Source: Macrostomum lignano (lineage: Eukaryota). From it: DNA of 64,000 nt. A model generated the notes under the pieces. It had not been told where the DNA came from. It worked only from the letters and a program-made list of their open reading frames with translations, and did no database searches. The stretch spans positions 1,240,001 to 1,304,000 of the forward strand of contig NIVC01000032.1 of NCBI GenBank assembly GCA_002269645.1, in the 5' to 3' direction. Position 1 is the stretch's first letter; every line of letters starts with the position of its first letter. Of the stretch, positions 23,813-61,939 are shown in pieces. Made by a program: the position numbers and the translations under genes.

Positions 23813-24733
23813 CTCTTCTGCCTGCTGACTCTTCTTCCCCTGACTCTTCTTCCCCTGACTCTTCTGCCTCCTGATTCTTCTGCCTGCTGACTCTTCTGCC
23901 TCCTGACTCTTCTGTCTCCTGACTCTTCTGTCTTCTGACTCTTCTGCCTCCTGACTCTTATGCCTCCTGATTCTTCTGCCTGCTGACTCTTCTGTCTTCT
24001 GACTCTTCTGTCTCCTGACTCTTCTGTCTCCTGACTCTTCTGCCTGCTGACTCTTCTGCCTCCTGACTCTTCTGTCTCCTGACTCTTATGCCTCCTGACT
24101 CTTCTGCCTGCTGACTCTTCTGCCTCCTGACTCTTCTGTCTCCTGACTCTTCTGCCTCCTGACTGTTCTGTCTCCTGACTCTTCTGTCTCCTGACTCTTC
24201 TGTCTCCTGACTCTTCTGTCTCCTGACTCTTCTGTCTTCTGACTCTTCTGCCTCCTGACACTTCTGTCTCCTGACTCTTCTGCCCCTGACTCTTCTGTCT
24301 CCTGACTCTTCTGTCTCCTGACTCTTCTGCCTCCTGACACTTCTGTCTGCTGACTCTTCTGCCCCTGATTCTTCTGCCTCCTGACTCTTCTGCCCCTGAC
24401 TCTTCTGCCTCCTGACTCTTCTGCCCCTGACTCTTCTGCCTCCTGACTCTTCTGTCTCCTGACTCTTCTGTCTCCTGACTCTTCTGTCTGCTGACTCTTC
24501 TGTCTCCTGACTCTTCTGCCCCTGACTCTTCTGTCTCCTGACTCTTCTGCCCCTGACTCTTCTGTCTCCTGACTCTTCTGTTCCTGACTCTTCTGTCTCC
24601 TGACTCTTCTGTCTGCTGACTCTTCTGTCTGCTGACTCTTCTGTCTCCTGACTCTTCTGTCTCCTGAATCTTCTGTCTCCTGACTCTTCTGTCTGCTGAC
24701 TCTTCAGTCTCCTGACTTTTCTGTCTCCTGACT
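23813..24733 (-). repeat. 16-bp minisatellite (TCTTCTGCCTCCTGAC), the reverse complement of the 18915 array
   Basis: Direct periodicity. The six-frame ORFs give the same RRVRRQKSQE peptide from opposite strands. Confidence 0.95.
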
Positions 24734-25127
24734 TCCACAATAAACTTAGTTCCCTTTGCACTTTACCGTACAGTGCAGTACACCGGATGCCATCTATAAC
24801 AGCTTCTATCGGCTGAATAATGCAAATTACCTTCTAGTCTACTTAAGAACAAGCCATCAGCTCAGCACTTCAGAGTAACTCTCTTTGAGCCAAAAGGGGG
24901 AGGGAGTGAGCGGATGAGAGGCTGGGGACTTTGAGACCTCCATCTCGTCAGTAGATTGAAGTGGACAGGAACTTCGCCCCCACGGAATATCGCCATGCAA
25001 GTGAGTATTCGTTTTTTTAGTTTTGCACATGCTGAGAGTGTAGAGGTCGCATGTAGGTACATGTAGTTTGTATGTAGTCCAGCAAAGTTCCGGCTTCAGT
25101 GTATATTTGAGGCGATTAAACTACTCC

Positions 25128-26665
25128 TGTCAGTGGCGCCAAAACTTACCTGTCAGTGGCGCCAAAACTTATCTGTGAGTGGCGCTAAAACTTATCTGTG
25201 AGTGGCGCCAAAACTTACCTGTCAGTGGCGCCAAAACTTATTTGTGAGTGGCGCTAAAACTTATCTGTGAGTGGCGCTAAAACTGTACCTGTCAATGGCG
25301 CCAAAACTTTTTTGTGAGTGGCGCCAAATTACCTGTCAGTGGCGCCAAAGCTTACCTGTCAGTGGCGCCAATACTTACCTGTCAGTGGCGCCAAATCTTA
25401 CCTGTCAGTGGCGCCAAATCTTACCTGTCAGTGGCGCCAAAGCTTACCTGTCAGTGGCGCCAAAACTTACCTGTCAGTGGCGCCAAAACTTATCTGTGAG
25501 TGGCGCTAAAACTTATCTGTGAGTGGCGCTAAAACTGTACCTGTCAATGGCGCCAAAACTTATTAGTGAGTGGCGCTAAAACTTATCTGTGAGTGGCGCT
25601 AAAACTGTACCTGTCAATGGCGCCAAAACTTTTTTGTGAGTGGCGCCAAATTACCTGTCAGTGGCGCCAAAGCTTACCTGTCAGTGGCGCCAAAGCTTAC
25701 CTGTCAGTGGCGCCATAACTTACCTGTCAGTGGCGCCAAAACTTATCTGTGAGTGGCGCTAAAACTTATCTGTGAGTGGCGCCAAAACTTACCTGTCAGT
25801 GGCGCCAAAACTTATTTGTGAGTGGCGCTAAAACTTATCTGTGAGTGGCGCCAAAACTTACCTGTCAGTGGCACCAAAACTTATCTGTGAGTGGCGCCAA
25901 AACTTATCTGTGAGTGGCGCTAAAACTATTTGTGAGTGGCGCCAAAACTTACCTGTGAGTGGCGCTAAAACTTACCTGTCAGTGGCGCCAAAACTTATCT
26001 TTGAGTGGCGCTAAAACTATACCTGTCAATGGCGCCAAAACTTACCTGTCAGTGGCGCCAAAACTTACCTGTCAGTGGCACCAAAATTTGCCTGTCAGTG
26101 GCACCAAAATTTGCCTGTCAGTGGCACCAAAACTTATCTGTGAGTGGCACTAAAACTATCAGTTTAAAAAAAAACATAAAACTTACTTGTCAGTGGCGCC
26201 AAAACTTACCTGTGAGTGGCGCTAGAACTATGCCTGTCAGTGGCGCCAAAGCTTACCTGTCAGTGGCGCCAAAACTTATTTGTGAGTGGCGCTAAAACTT
26301 ATCTGTGAGTGGCGCTAAAACTGTACCTGTCAATGGCGCCAAAACTTTTTTGTGAGAGGCGCCAAAACTTACCTGTCAGTGGCGCCAAAGCTTACCGGTC
26401 AGTGGCGCCAAAACTTACCTGTCAGTGGCGCCAAAGCTTACCTGTCAGGGGCGCCAAAGCTTACCTGTCAGGGGCGCCAAAGCTTACCTGTCAGTGGCGC
26501 CAAAGCTTACCTGTCAGTGGCGCCAAAGCTTACCTGTCAGTGGCGCCAAAGCTTACCTGTCAGTGGCGCCAAAGCTTACCTGTCAGTGGCGCCAAAGCTT
26601 ACCTGTCAGTGGCGCCAAAGCTTACCTGTCAGTGGCGCCAAAGCTTACCTGTGAGTGGCGCTAAA
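25128..26665. repeat. 23-bp minisatellite (GTGGCGCCAAAACTTACCTGTCA), about 65 copies
   Basis: Direct periodicity. The minus strand of the major unit reads CTGACAG|GTAAGT. Confidence 0.95.
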
Positions 26666-27309
26666 ATAGGTGCACATTTTCTAAAGCGTGATAATTATCT
26701 CTCAGAGTATTATAGCTAGCATAACAATAAAGTGATGTGGGAGAGCTGAGATTATCGGGAAGAGAGGAAGAGAGAGACAGAGAGTGAATCACTGAGTCCG
26801 GCTCAGCTGACACGCGCTAAAATAGCCTGCGGCGTGTTATCTAGCCCCGGGGCTTAGAGGGATGATAAAAGAGAAGGATAGCAACGGACTTAAACTGCTC
26901 TAGGAGAGCAGCTGGGACGAGTTTATCATTATTATTTCAGGAAGAACTTGGGGGATGCTACAGAGAAAATTCTGCTAATGCATGCAAGTGTGCATGCTAA
27001 TGCTTGCATGTCCTGTCTGTCCGATCATAAATTCATCAGTGAAGGCGCATAAGAAACTATTCAGTTCTGCGGTTTTCGAAAAACTCGAACAAAATCTTTT
27101 GAACTCTCAGGCGACTGCTTTAATTAGCATAATTTTCGGGACATGGGGAACTGCTTTAGGGATTTAGATATTGCTGGTCATTCAGATTCATGACGCAACA
27201 ACGCTTGAAAAATGCGTATGGTTATAAATGTTATTGGACTCGTGTAAAAAATACCTAAAATTGATCTTCAAGTTGAAAACTTGAAACTTCAAGGGATTTG
27301 ACACGATAT

Positions 27310-27797
27310 TCCTGGGACTTGACCTGTTTAGCTTTGGGGGATTTGACATGAAACTCCTGAGACTTGACCTGTAGTTGTGATGGATTTGACATGAAACTCC
27401 TGAGACTTGACCTGTAGTTGGGATGGATTTGACATGAAACTCCTGAGACTTGACCTGTAGTTGTGATGGATTTGACATGAAACTCCTGGGACTTGACCTG
27501 TAGTTGTGATGGATTTGACATGAAACTCCTGAGACTTGACCTGTAATTGTGATGGATTTGACATGAAACTCCTGGGACTTGACCTGTAGTTGTGATGGAT
27601 TTGACATGAAACTCCTGGGACTTGACCTGTAGTTGGGATGGATTTGACATGAAACTCCTGGGACTTGACCTGTAGTTGTGATGGATTTGACATGAAACTC
27701 CTGAGACTTGACCTGTAGTTGGGATGGATTTGACATGAAACTCCTGAGACTTGACCTGTAGTTGTGATGGATTTGACATGAAATTCCTGGGACTTGA
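27310..27797. repeat. 43-bp minisatellite (GATGGATTTGACATGAAACTCCTGAGACTTGACCTGTAGTTGT), about 11 copies
   Basis: Direct periodicity. Confidence 0.95.
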
Positions 27798-28344
27798 ACT
27801 GAATAGCTTTGAGGGTTTTGAGATAGAGTTTAGTCGTTTGTACTTGAAATTTCAAAGTTCGACATACATTTTTTGCCCAAGCACACACGCGGAGGCGGGA
27901 GAGACACACGGAGGCTGAGAAAGCACAAAACACTGAGAGCGAGAGCGAGAGGGCCGAGGGATCTGAGGCGATCGCGGGCTTGGCTAGAGAATAAAAGAAG
28001 AAGAGAATTAAGAGGGCCCTGTGCCGCGGGTTCAGGCAGCTTGGCTGCACTTGCTCCCGTCTCGCCGGTCGATGATGAAGCCGCTTGGGACCGGACCGCA
28101 GTTTCCCTTTTTCCACCGGACTCCCCTCCGCGCCTAGATGAAGCCTCCAGTAGCCAGGCAACCCAGCCTCTCCCCTTGTCTGTGCGCTTTGCTTTGACAA
28201 AAATCCGTATTTTCGATCCCTGATCTGCAATCTCTAACCATTCTCTCTGCTCTCGCTAGTAATTGTCACTGCTGGACCGGGCGCTCTGTGCTCAGTTGCT
28301 TCTGCACACTGGCTGTTCCCACACTGCCTATCCATGCTGCCTGC

Positions 28345-28598
<254 letters not shown>

Positions 28599-29385
28599 CA
28601 TCCCATATAATCTCATCTATCATATTTCAAGCTATTTCTGCAGAGTCAGTTAGTCGCCAGTTTCCAGTAATAGCAGTTTTTATCCATTTCTTTTTATCCA
28701 TTCATAATGGATCATCGACCTGCATATTAAAGCATCTTTATGTATCTCAGATCAAAGGAACCTAATTAGCAGTCTGTTGCTTTGCCTTCCGGGGAACAGC
28801 AGCTGCGCACCCATCTCTGTTTCCGAGGCTGCTGGTTATTTTTGCTAACCAAATTGTGATTTTATGTTCAATTTCACTGGCACCGTCAAGCGGCAGTATT
28901 CTGTTTTAAAGGAAGTCAAATAGAGTTGATAGTCTTGAAATGAAGTATTAGCTAATATTTTTAGTATAATGAATTATAATAGTGCGAGTGTATTGCATTT
29001 GTGCTGCTTGTTAGAATAAATACTGCATACACACAGCTTCCTACTATTATTAGTACAAATCTGTTATTATGAGTTATTGTCATCAAATGATTTAAATAAC
29101 AGAATAAACAACAAATATTAGGTTTAAGGCTAATCACAAAGAATCCTGGAAATTCCCCATTTTCTAACTTTCCATTCCCGAAAATTCCCCATCCTAAAAA
29201 TTCCCATCCACAAAATCCATGAATTTCCTCATCCCGAAAAAATCCCTCTACAGAAATTCCCCATTCTTAAAGTGCCATATTCTTTTAATTTATAAAGCTT
29301 TCCAAAGTCTGAAAATCGAAGTTTTAATTTGTTCAACGTTGTCGAAAATTTTGTTATTATGGATTACTACCATAGGTTTCTACAG

Positions 29386-29640
29386 CAGGACTCAAATGCC
29401 TTATTGGACCATTACAGAGGCAGCTGAGCCTGGCCTGAGGTCAGCAGGAAGCTCTCCTGCTCACGCGCAGTCGAGCAGCAGCAGCGGTGGCGGCGGCGCC
29501 AGCAGAAACTGCCTGACAGTCAGACGAGGCACCTTGCTGAGGATGGCCAGCGCCGACTATCCGCCAAGCTCGTCAGCAGAGGCTGCGGCGGCTTCAGCGG
29601 TGCTGCACTCGGCAACCAGGGCCAGGAGCTTGCGGCATCA
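29386..29640 (+). CDS. Putative internal exon (phase 2-2, 255 nt), Ser/Gly/Ala-rich, likely part of the copine N-terminal extension
   Basis: Acceptor TTTCTACAG, donor CA|GTGAGT, GC-rich island with only one open frame (RTQMPYW...SSSSSGGGG...RSLRH). No domain match recognised. Confidence 0.5.
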
Positions 29641-29689
29641 GTGAGTCAAAGATGCTATGAACTTTTGGCGGTGACATCGGACAAGATTA

Positions 29690-30180
29690 GTGAGTGCAGG
29701 GGCGGTGACCTCAAAGGACGTTTTAGATTAGTAAGTGACGGTGACATCAAAGGATTCTTTAGATTAGTGAGTGACGGTGACATCAAAGGATTCTTTAGAT
29801 TAGTAAGTGACGGTGACATCAAAGGATTCTTTAGATTAGTGAGTGACGGTGACATCAAAGGATTCTTTAGATTAGTAAGTGACGGTGACATCAAAGGATT
29901 CTTTAGATTAGTAAGTGACGGTGACATCAAATGATTCTTTAGATTAGTGAGTGGCGGTTACATCAAAAGATTCTTTAGATTGGTAAGTGACGGTGACATC
30001 AAAGGATTCTTTAGATAGTAAGTGGCGGTGACATAAAAAATTCTTTAGATTAGTATGTGGCGGTGACATCAAAGGATTCTTTAGATTAGTAAGTGGCGGT
30101 GACATCAAAGGATTCTTTAGATTAGTAAGTGGCGGTGACACCAAAAGATTCTTTAGATTAGTAAGTGACGGTGACATCAA
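29690..30180. repeat. 36-bp minisatellite (TTAGATTAGTAAGTGACGGTGACATCAAAGGATTCT)
   Basis: Direct periodicity. Units carry GTAAGT or GTGAGT. Starts about 50 nt after donor 29641. Confidence 0.95.
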
Positions 30181-30689
30181 ATAATTCTTAAATACATAGG
30201 ACCCTCTAGCAGATTTAGTTTATCCATGAAGTCGCATCGAAATCTATTGTCTATTTTGTGTGAACCAGAACGTGCAATCCATGTTTTTCTCCCCTAAAGC
30301 TTTTACCTGCCACCGCTTGGCCGCCACTGTCGCCGCTGCAGCCTACTGAGTTTGGCATGGTAGTAGCAATAATAGAATATTGAATTCCAAATTTAACAAA
30401 ACAACAACTAATAAAAATTGCCTTTGTAAGTAAGTACTAAGTTTTTATTTCGGAAAATTGTGTGCAAATTTTTTGTCGATTTAATCGACTAAAATCCGCA
30501 AAAAAATCGATCATTTTTAATCAACTCGTAGTTGAAGGTTCTCAGTTTGGGTATAGTTTTTTGAATTATAAATTGTTACATTTATGACAGAGTTTTATTG
30601 CCAACTGCTTTCTATGCCATGCTCTAAAGAAAAAATAAAGAAAAAATTCAGGCAATTCTTTGGTAAAAATTCGCGAAAATTTGAAGGGA

Positions 30690-31420
30690 GAGGAAAGAGG
30701 AAGGAGACAGGGAGAGAGGGAGAGAGAGGGAATAGAGGCAGGGAGAGAGGAAGGGAGAGTGAGAGGGAGAGAAGGAGGGAGAAGGAGAGTGAGTGAGAGG
30801 GGTGGAGAGAGGGAGAGAGGTGGAGAGAGGGAGAGTAAGAGGGAGATATGAAGGCAGAGAGAAAGGGAGAGTGAGAAAGAGAAATAGGAAAGGAGATGGA
30901 GAGAGAGGGAGAGGGGTGGAGAGAGGGAGAGAGAGGGAGAGGGAGAGAGGAAGGCAGAGAGAAAGGGAGAGAGGGAGGGAGAGAGGTGGAGAGAGGGAGA
31001 GAGAGGGGGCATATGAAGACAGAGAGAAAGGGAGAGTGAGAAAGGGAAATAGGAAAGGAGATGGAGAGAGAGGGAGAGGGGTGGAGAGAGGGAGAGAGAG
31101 GGAGAGGGAGAGAGGAAGGCAGAGAGAAAGGGAGAGAGGGAGGGAGAGAGGTGGAGAGAGGGAGAGAGGGGGCATATGAAGACAGAGAGAAAGGGAGAGT
31201 GAGAAAGGGAAATAGGAAAGGAGATGGAGAGAGAGGGAGAGGGGTGGAGAGAGGGAGAGAGAGGGAGAGGGAGAGAGGAAGGCAGAGAGAAAGGGAGAGA
31301 GGGAGGGAGAGAGGTGGAGAGAGGGAGAGAGAGGGGGCATATGAAGACAGAGAGAAAGGGAGAGTGAGAAAGGGAAATAGGAAGGGAGATGGAGAGAGAG
31401 GGAGAGAGGCGGAGAGGACT
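30690..31420. repeat. Polypurine (GA-rich) tract containing a ~164-bp unit repeated about 3.5 times
   Basis: Marker ATATGAAG at 30846, 31011, 31174 and 31339. Confidence 0.9.
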
Positions 31421-31779
31421 GAGCAAACAAGAAATTCTGGCAAAAAGACACATTGTGCAGGTAGCCAGTTAGTTTCAAAGCACTGGAACGCACCTGGGTA
31501 TCAGAGGGACACAGGTTTTGTTAAGAGGCAGCTGCAGCCCTTTGAACAGAGAAGGTTTGAAAAATGGGCAGGCACAATATTAGCTATTGGAATAAAGACA
31601 GATGGGTGGTGGGGTTAGGAGAGGTAAAACCAGACAGACAAGAACGCACTGTACACCAACCCCCTCGGTGGCCCTCCCCTAATCCTTCCTAAGTCGGGGA
31701 CTACTAGTATAAGATAGAATTTTTGGATTGGAAACCAATATTTATTTCCTATCCAAAAAGGCCGACTGCTATTTTGCAA

Positions 31780-32600
31780 TGATGTACCGATGCAATGATG
31801 TACCGATGCTGTGATGTACTGATGCAATGATGTACTGATGCAATGATGTACTGATGCTGTGATGTACTGATGCAATGATGTACTGATGCAATGATGTACT
31901 GATGCGGTGATGTACTGATGCAATCATGTACTGATGCAATCATGTACTGATGCGGTGATGTACCGATGCAATCATGTACTGATGCAATCATGTACTGATG
32001 CAATCATGTACTGATGCAATCATGTACTGATGCAATAATGTACTGATGCAATCATGTACTGATGCAATCATGTACTGATGCAATCATGTACTGATGCGGT
32101 GATGTACTGATGCAATCATGTACTGATGCAATCATGAACTGATGCATGATGTACTGATGCAATCATGTACTGATGCGGTGATGTACCGATGCAATCATGT
32201 ACTGATGCGGTGATGTACCGATGCAATCATGTACTGATGCGGTGATGTACCGATGCAATCATGTACTGATGCGGTGATGTACTGATGCAATCATGTACTG
32301 ATGCAATCATGAACTGATGCATGATGTACTGATGCAATCATGTACTGATGCGGTGATGTACCGATGCAATCATGTACTGTTGCAATGATGTACTGATGCA
32401 ATCATGTACTGATGCAATCATGTACTGACAGTGATGTACTGATGCAATAATGTACTGATGCAATCATGTACTGATGCGGTGATGTACCGATGCAATCATG
32501 TACTGTTGCAATGATGTACTGATGCAATCATGTACTGATGCGGTGATGTACCGATGCAATCATGTACTGATACAATGATGTAATGATGTATTGATGCATA
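31780..32600. repeat. 16-bp minisatellite (CATGTACTGATGCAAT / GATGTACTGATGCGGT variants)
   Basis: Direct periodicity. Confidence 0.95.
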
Positions 32601-33023
32601 CAGGTGTACAACAGCCTTGGCTTTCTAATCGTCCGGCATGTACACTCTCTGTGCTTCAATGGTTGGCCCTCACGGATGTGAATTAATCGCACGACAACCC
32701 CCACCCCTCAGGCCAATTGTCGTGCACAAATTTTCGGGTCTGCATGCCAGCCTCATGGTGTAGAGTGATGGCATTTTCCTGTGAAGTTTTCCTCTGTGTT
32801 TTTCCAGACAGATTATTTTAGTGCTTCACGCCCGAGCCAATCCCAGTGCCCCTCCCTTCCTGTATAATGAGGATTCAGCAACTCCCCTTCTCTTCCACCA
32901 ACCGCTTCAGCTCTTCTCTCTTCCAAGGGATTTTACAATCCAGCGATCAATCCTTTATTAAAACTGAACCAACCCGGCAGTCGGTCCGGTTAGATCCTGG
33001 CTGCGTTCCTTTCGACCCCCCAG

Positions 33024-58239
<25,216 letters not shown>

Positions 58240-60440
58240 CGCGTCATTCAGCTCTGTATCTCTAGGACGAAATTAAAGTGTACTTACATATTTGTGTTTT
58301 TATTCGTTTCTCTCATTGTCATCGAAACATTTTTTATAGAATTTTCTTCGCCCCACAGACTGTTCTGTATAGAAAAATCAACCAAAATTTGTTCATCAGA
58401 TTTTCTTATGGCTGCACAGTTGCCAAGCTCGATTGAGAAGTATGAATGACAGCGGCGGATCCGGAGGGAGGTCAAGAGGTCAGCTATAACCCTTCTCATC
58501 ACCGAGGGCACTAAAATATGAATTCACCCTCTTGAAAGTTAAATCGCAGTGACCCAAAATTTATCTTTCTTAATGCTTGTAGAAATTTGCCCCCCTCCAA
58601 TCCCGTGGGGTCAATTGGGGTCAACTGGGTCTCGCCCCTGACAAAAACGAAGATTTTCTAGGACAAGTTTACACGTTCTCGAAAATAAAAAAGCTTTTTG
58701 TGCACTTTCGAATCGCGGATGTAATGTACTTTTTGAATTAGCAAACCTATGTGTGAACAACTATGCAAGCAAGCAGACAAACAATTTTTGATAACAAAAG
58801 TTTTGATTTATTTGGTTTTTGATGGACTTCATAACCTTGCTTTTCCTGTCGTGTCTTATCGAAGCCCTAATCTATTTTTGTCTCTTATGGCTACTTACAT
58901 ATGCTCTTCGCTGTTTAATCGCCATCCAAGCGAACCTGATCCCCTGCGCGCCCCGTCTCGTGTCTTGATATCGTCAAAACTCCGCTCTTGGGGTTTGTTT
59001 AAATGTAACCTTGCCCGTCTCTTCCTGCAACCCCGAAGCACACTGCACTACTATTTCATTTTTGGTATCATCTGAGATCTGGTTTGTTTTACTGCACTAT
59101 ATTAATGATTCGCGGTGGTTGTCTGGATAGGAGTCGGTTATGTTTACCACTCCAATGAGCCAGTCGAATATAAATCAACTGAAGAGCTCAAATATGCCTA
59201 TGAGATAAAGGATTTTGTACTATTGTTAGAATTTTTCTTTATTACGCTGTCACTTTTAATGTCCCCAAACTATCATGGAGCTTATGTTTGTCAGAAAGAT
59301 TCTCTTACTTTGGACTCTCCCTCTGTCTTTGCTCTACCTGCACCTTTTTTATCGAATTCCTTTTTTGGTATTGGCTCTGTTACCAATTATTGAAATATTT
59401 ATAAAGTCATTTTTTGCCTTTTTGTGTCACTACCGTCACCGCGACCCCTTAAAGTGTACTAAAAATGCGTAACCTTTATCAGCGCGCCGCACAACCAAAT
59501 ACACCGTGCTTACGAATCGGAAGCTATATATAAACTATTTAAAGCGTTTGACTTTGCAATTGTCTATTATTCTCATTGATAATACTCCAGTGCACTACTT
59601 TTGCCGACTAGTAGCATGCAAAAGATATGCAGCTCAGGTTAGAGACATCGATTGTAGGTAGCTACTAATATGGCCGTGCTCAGCACTTTTGCACCTTTGC
59701 AAGACTTCAGCACCTGAGAATCGATGATGAAATGCCAAGGCTTTCGGGGGAATTGCCTAGATATCGAGGCTTACGGGGGAGATGTCGAGGCTTGTAGAGG
59801 GAGGGTTTCTGAGATGTCAATTGGCTGAGAGGTCAAAAGCTACATGTAGTTTATTAAAAACATTATTTCTTTCTTTGTTGGCTCCCCAAATCTTTGTCTC
59901 TGATAATTCTATTTGATTGAGGTGATTTAAAAAACGAAGAATGAATGCTTTTAAGAAAATGTGCCTTCATTCTATAGGATTCACGTAAATACTTTTCGTC
60001 CGTTGCTTATTGGGCGCCCCGAAAAGGGGGGCACTAGCTTGCTAGTCCTATATACTAAAAATGTATCAGTTTAATTGTCAGATATTGGTTTTTTGCGCCA
60101 TCAGATAATTGCAAAGTTTGGTTGACTTATAGCAATTATTTTTGTTTCGATAAAACTCAGAAAAAATGACGGCAACATGCCTCCTTAGGTTTCGAAATTT
60201 AAATACCGAGTTGTGTTGCTCAGACACGCCCGTTGCTTTACGCCTTAACGCCTGTAATTTTTGCAGCAAAGCAAAGCTAACCGTGAGAACCGTTCCCAGG
60301 CCAGCAGGGGCATGGCAGTCTCACGATGCACTGAGTGCTTTGTTATAATCTTAAATTAACTTTATTTTGCGATTCTCTAAAGATCCAGCCGTTCAATTCC
60401 GCACAGTAACTAACCAATTTACAACAGACTCAAAACTCAA

Positions 60441-61939
60441 ATGCTACTCGGGCCTCACACGGGCGTCAGACTGCCTAGTCGAGCCAACACGGAAGACTTG
60501 GTGGTTGTCATCGAGACGCCAGACAGGCAGTTGCACCAGCCAGATCGCGTCGACCTTCGGGATCACAAAATCTCCATTCGGTACACGCCGCTTCAGGTCG
60601 GAACGCATTTGATTGACATCTTCTATCAGGGCTCGAGGATTAAAGGTAAGTTGAGAAAAAACATGGCGAACGATTTTTCCGAATCGGATTTCTACTAAGT
60701 GTGGATTTCTGAATACGGTGAATATTCTGTCGCTAAAACGAAGGAAATACATTTTATTTAACAGGATCGCCGTTTCAATTTTTCGTCGATTCGGACGGAC
60801 TGCGACGCAACGGCGGCCTGGACATGGGATTCCGAGTCAATCAGCACCACGAAGGCATGTCAGCGACGTCCTCGTCGAACTCGTCGTCGATGATGTACAA
60901 CCAGGCTGGCGACGGCAGCTACGACTTTGGCCGCCATGTAGTCGACGGCAGACTGGCGTTCAGTCGGCAGGTGTCACCCGTGTCTGAAGTTGGCGTTTGC
61001 AACCAGCTGAAAATTCGCTCAGCCGATGGAGGCGATCTCGACAAGTCAATGCTGGTAGCGTTCGACGGTCCGGAAAAGGTAGACGTTGATTTAGAGGAGC
61101 GATCGCGGCGCGAGTATCAGCTATCGTACACGTTCTTCGCCCCAGGCGATTACCAAATGCGGGTTCTAGTTGGTGGATCGGACATCCTGAATCCCATTCC
61201 GGTGCACGTTGTTGGCGATGCGATTGGCGCGAGTTCCAGCGGTTCATTCTTTTCCAACTCGGGCGTTTTCAACTCGGCTGCTAACGGCTCGGCTAACAAC
61301 GCCGCTTCGTCCTCAAGCGCTTGGTTCAGCTCGGCGCGACACCTGAACCTTGGAGAAAGCTCGTTTGCCACAGAACAGGTGACTGAAGTTGCGAGATAAA
61401 TAACATAAGCTAGATATTCGAATTAACGGGAGCTAACTTAATTAGGACCACTGTAGTATAGCATGACGTAGAACTCAAAGATCTTGTAATTTTTAGAGGC
61501 CAATATCCTGAAAAAAGTGCACTGCGGAAAACTCACAAAATAAATAACTGCATTTGATCTGGGAGAGTGAAGATTATCATTCTTTTAATTTAGCGTGCAC
61601 AGCATGCTACTTGTGCTGTATACTGAATGGCTGTAAATATTGTCTTTACAGGCGCTGTTGAGCCACCGAGTCTACGGCGAGGGCATCGAACGTGGCTGGT
61701 CTGGCCGCGAGTGCACCTTCGAGGTGCAGCTGCCAACTCAGACTACCAGTGAAAACGGCCCGCTTACTGTTACCATCGATGGGCCGTCCAAAGTAGACCT
61801 GCTATACGACGAGGTCGCCTACAATGTGTTCCGTTTCCGCTACACGCCTCTGCTTCCGGGCGAGTATTTTGTGGCAATTAAACTGGGCCCAGAGATGCGC
61901 CACATCCTGGCCTCGCCCTACAAAGTGATTGTGCACTGA
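60441..61939 (+). CDS. Small filamin-repeat protein (three Ig-like filamin domains, 368 aa); no actin-binding CH domain seen
   Basis: Exons 60441-60645, 60765-61378 and 61652-61939 (phases 1, 0; 1107 nt). Filamin motifs ISIRYTPLQVGTHLIDIFY, GSPFQFFVD, FDGPEKVD, SYTFFAPGDY, VYGEGI, IDGPSKV, YTPLLPGEY and SPYKV. Confidence 0.88.

Noticed and set aside
30566-31618. Long Ser/Leu/Pro and Arg/Glu/Gly ORFs
   Set aside because: Low-complexity GA tract.
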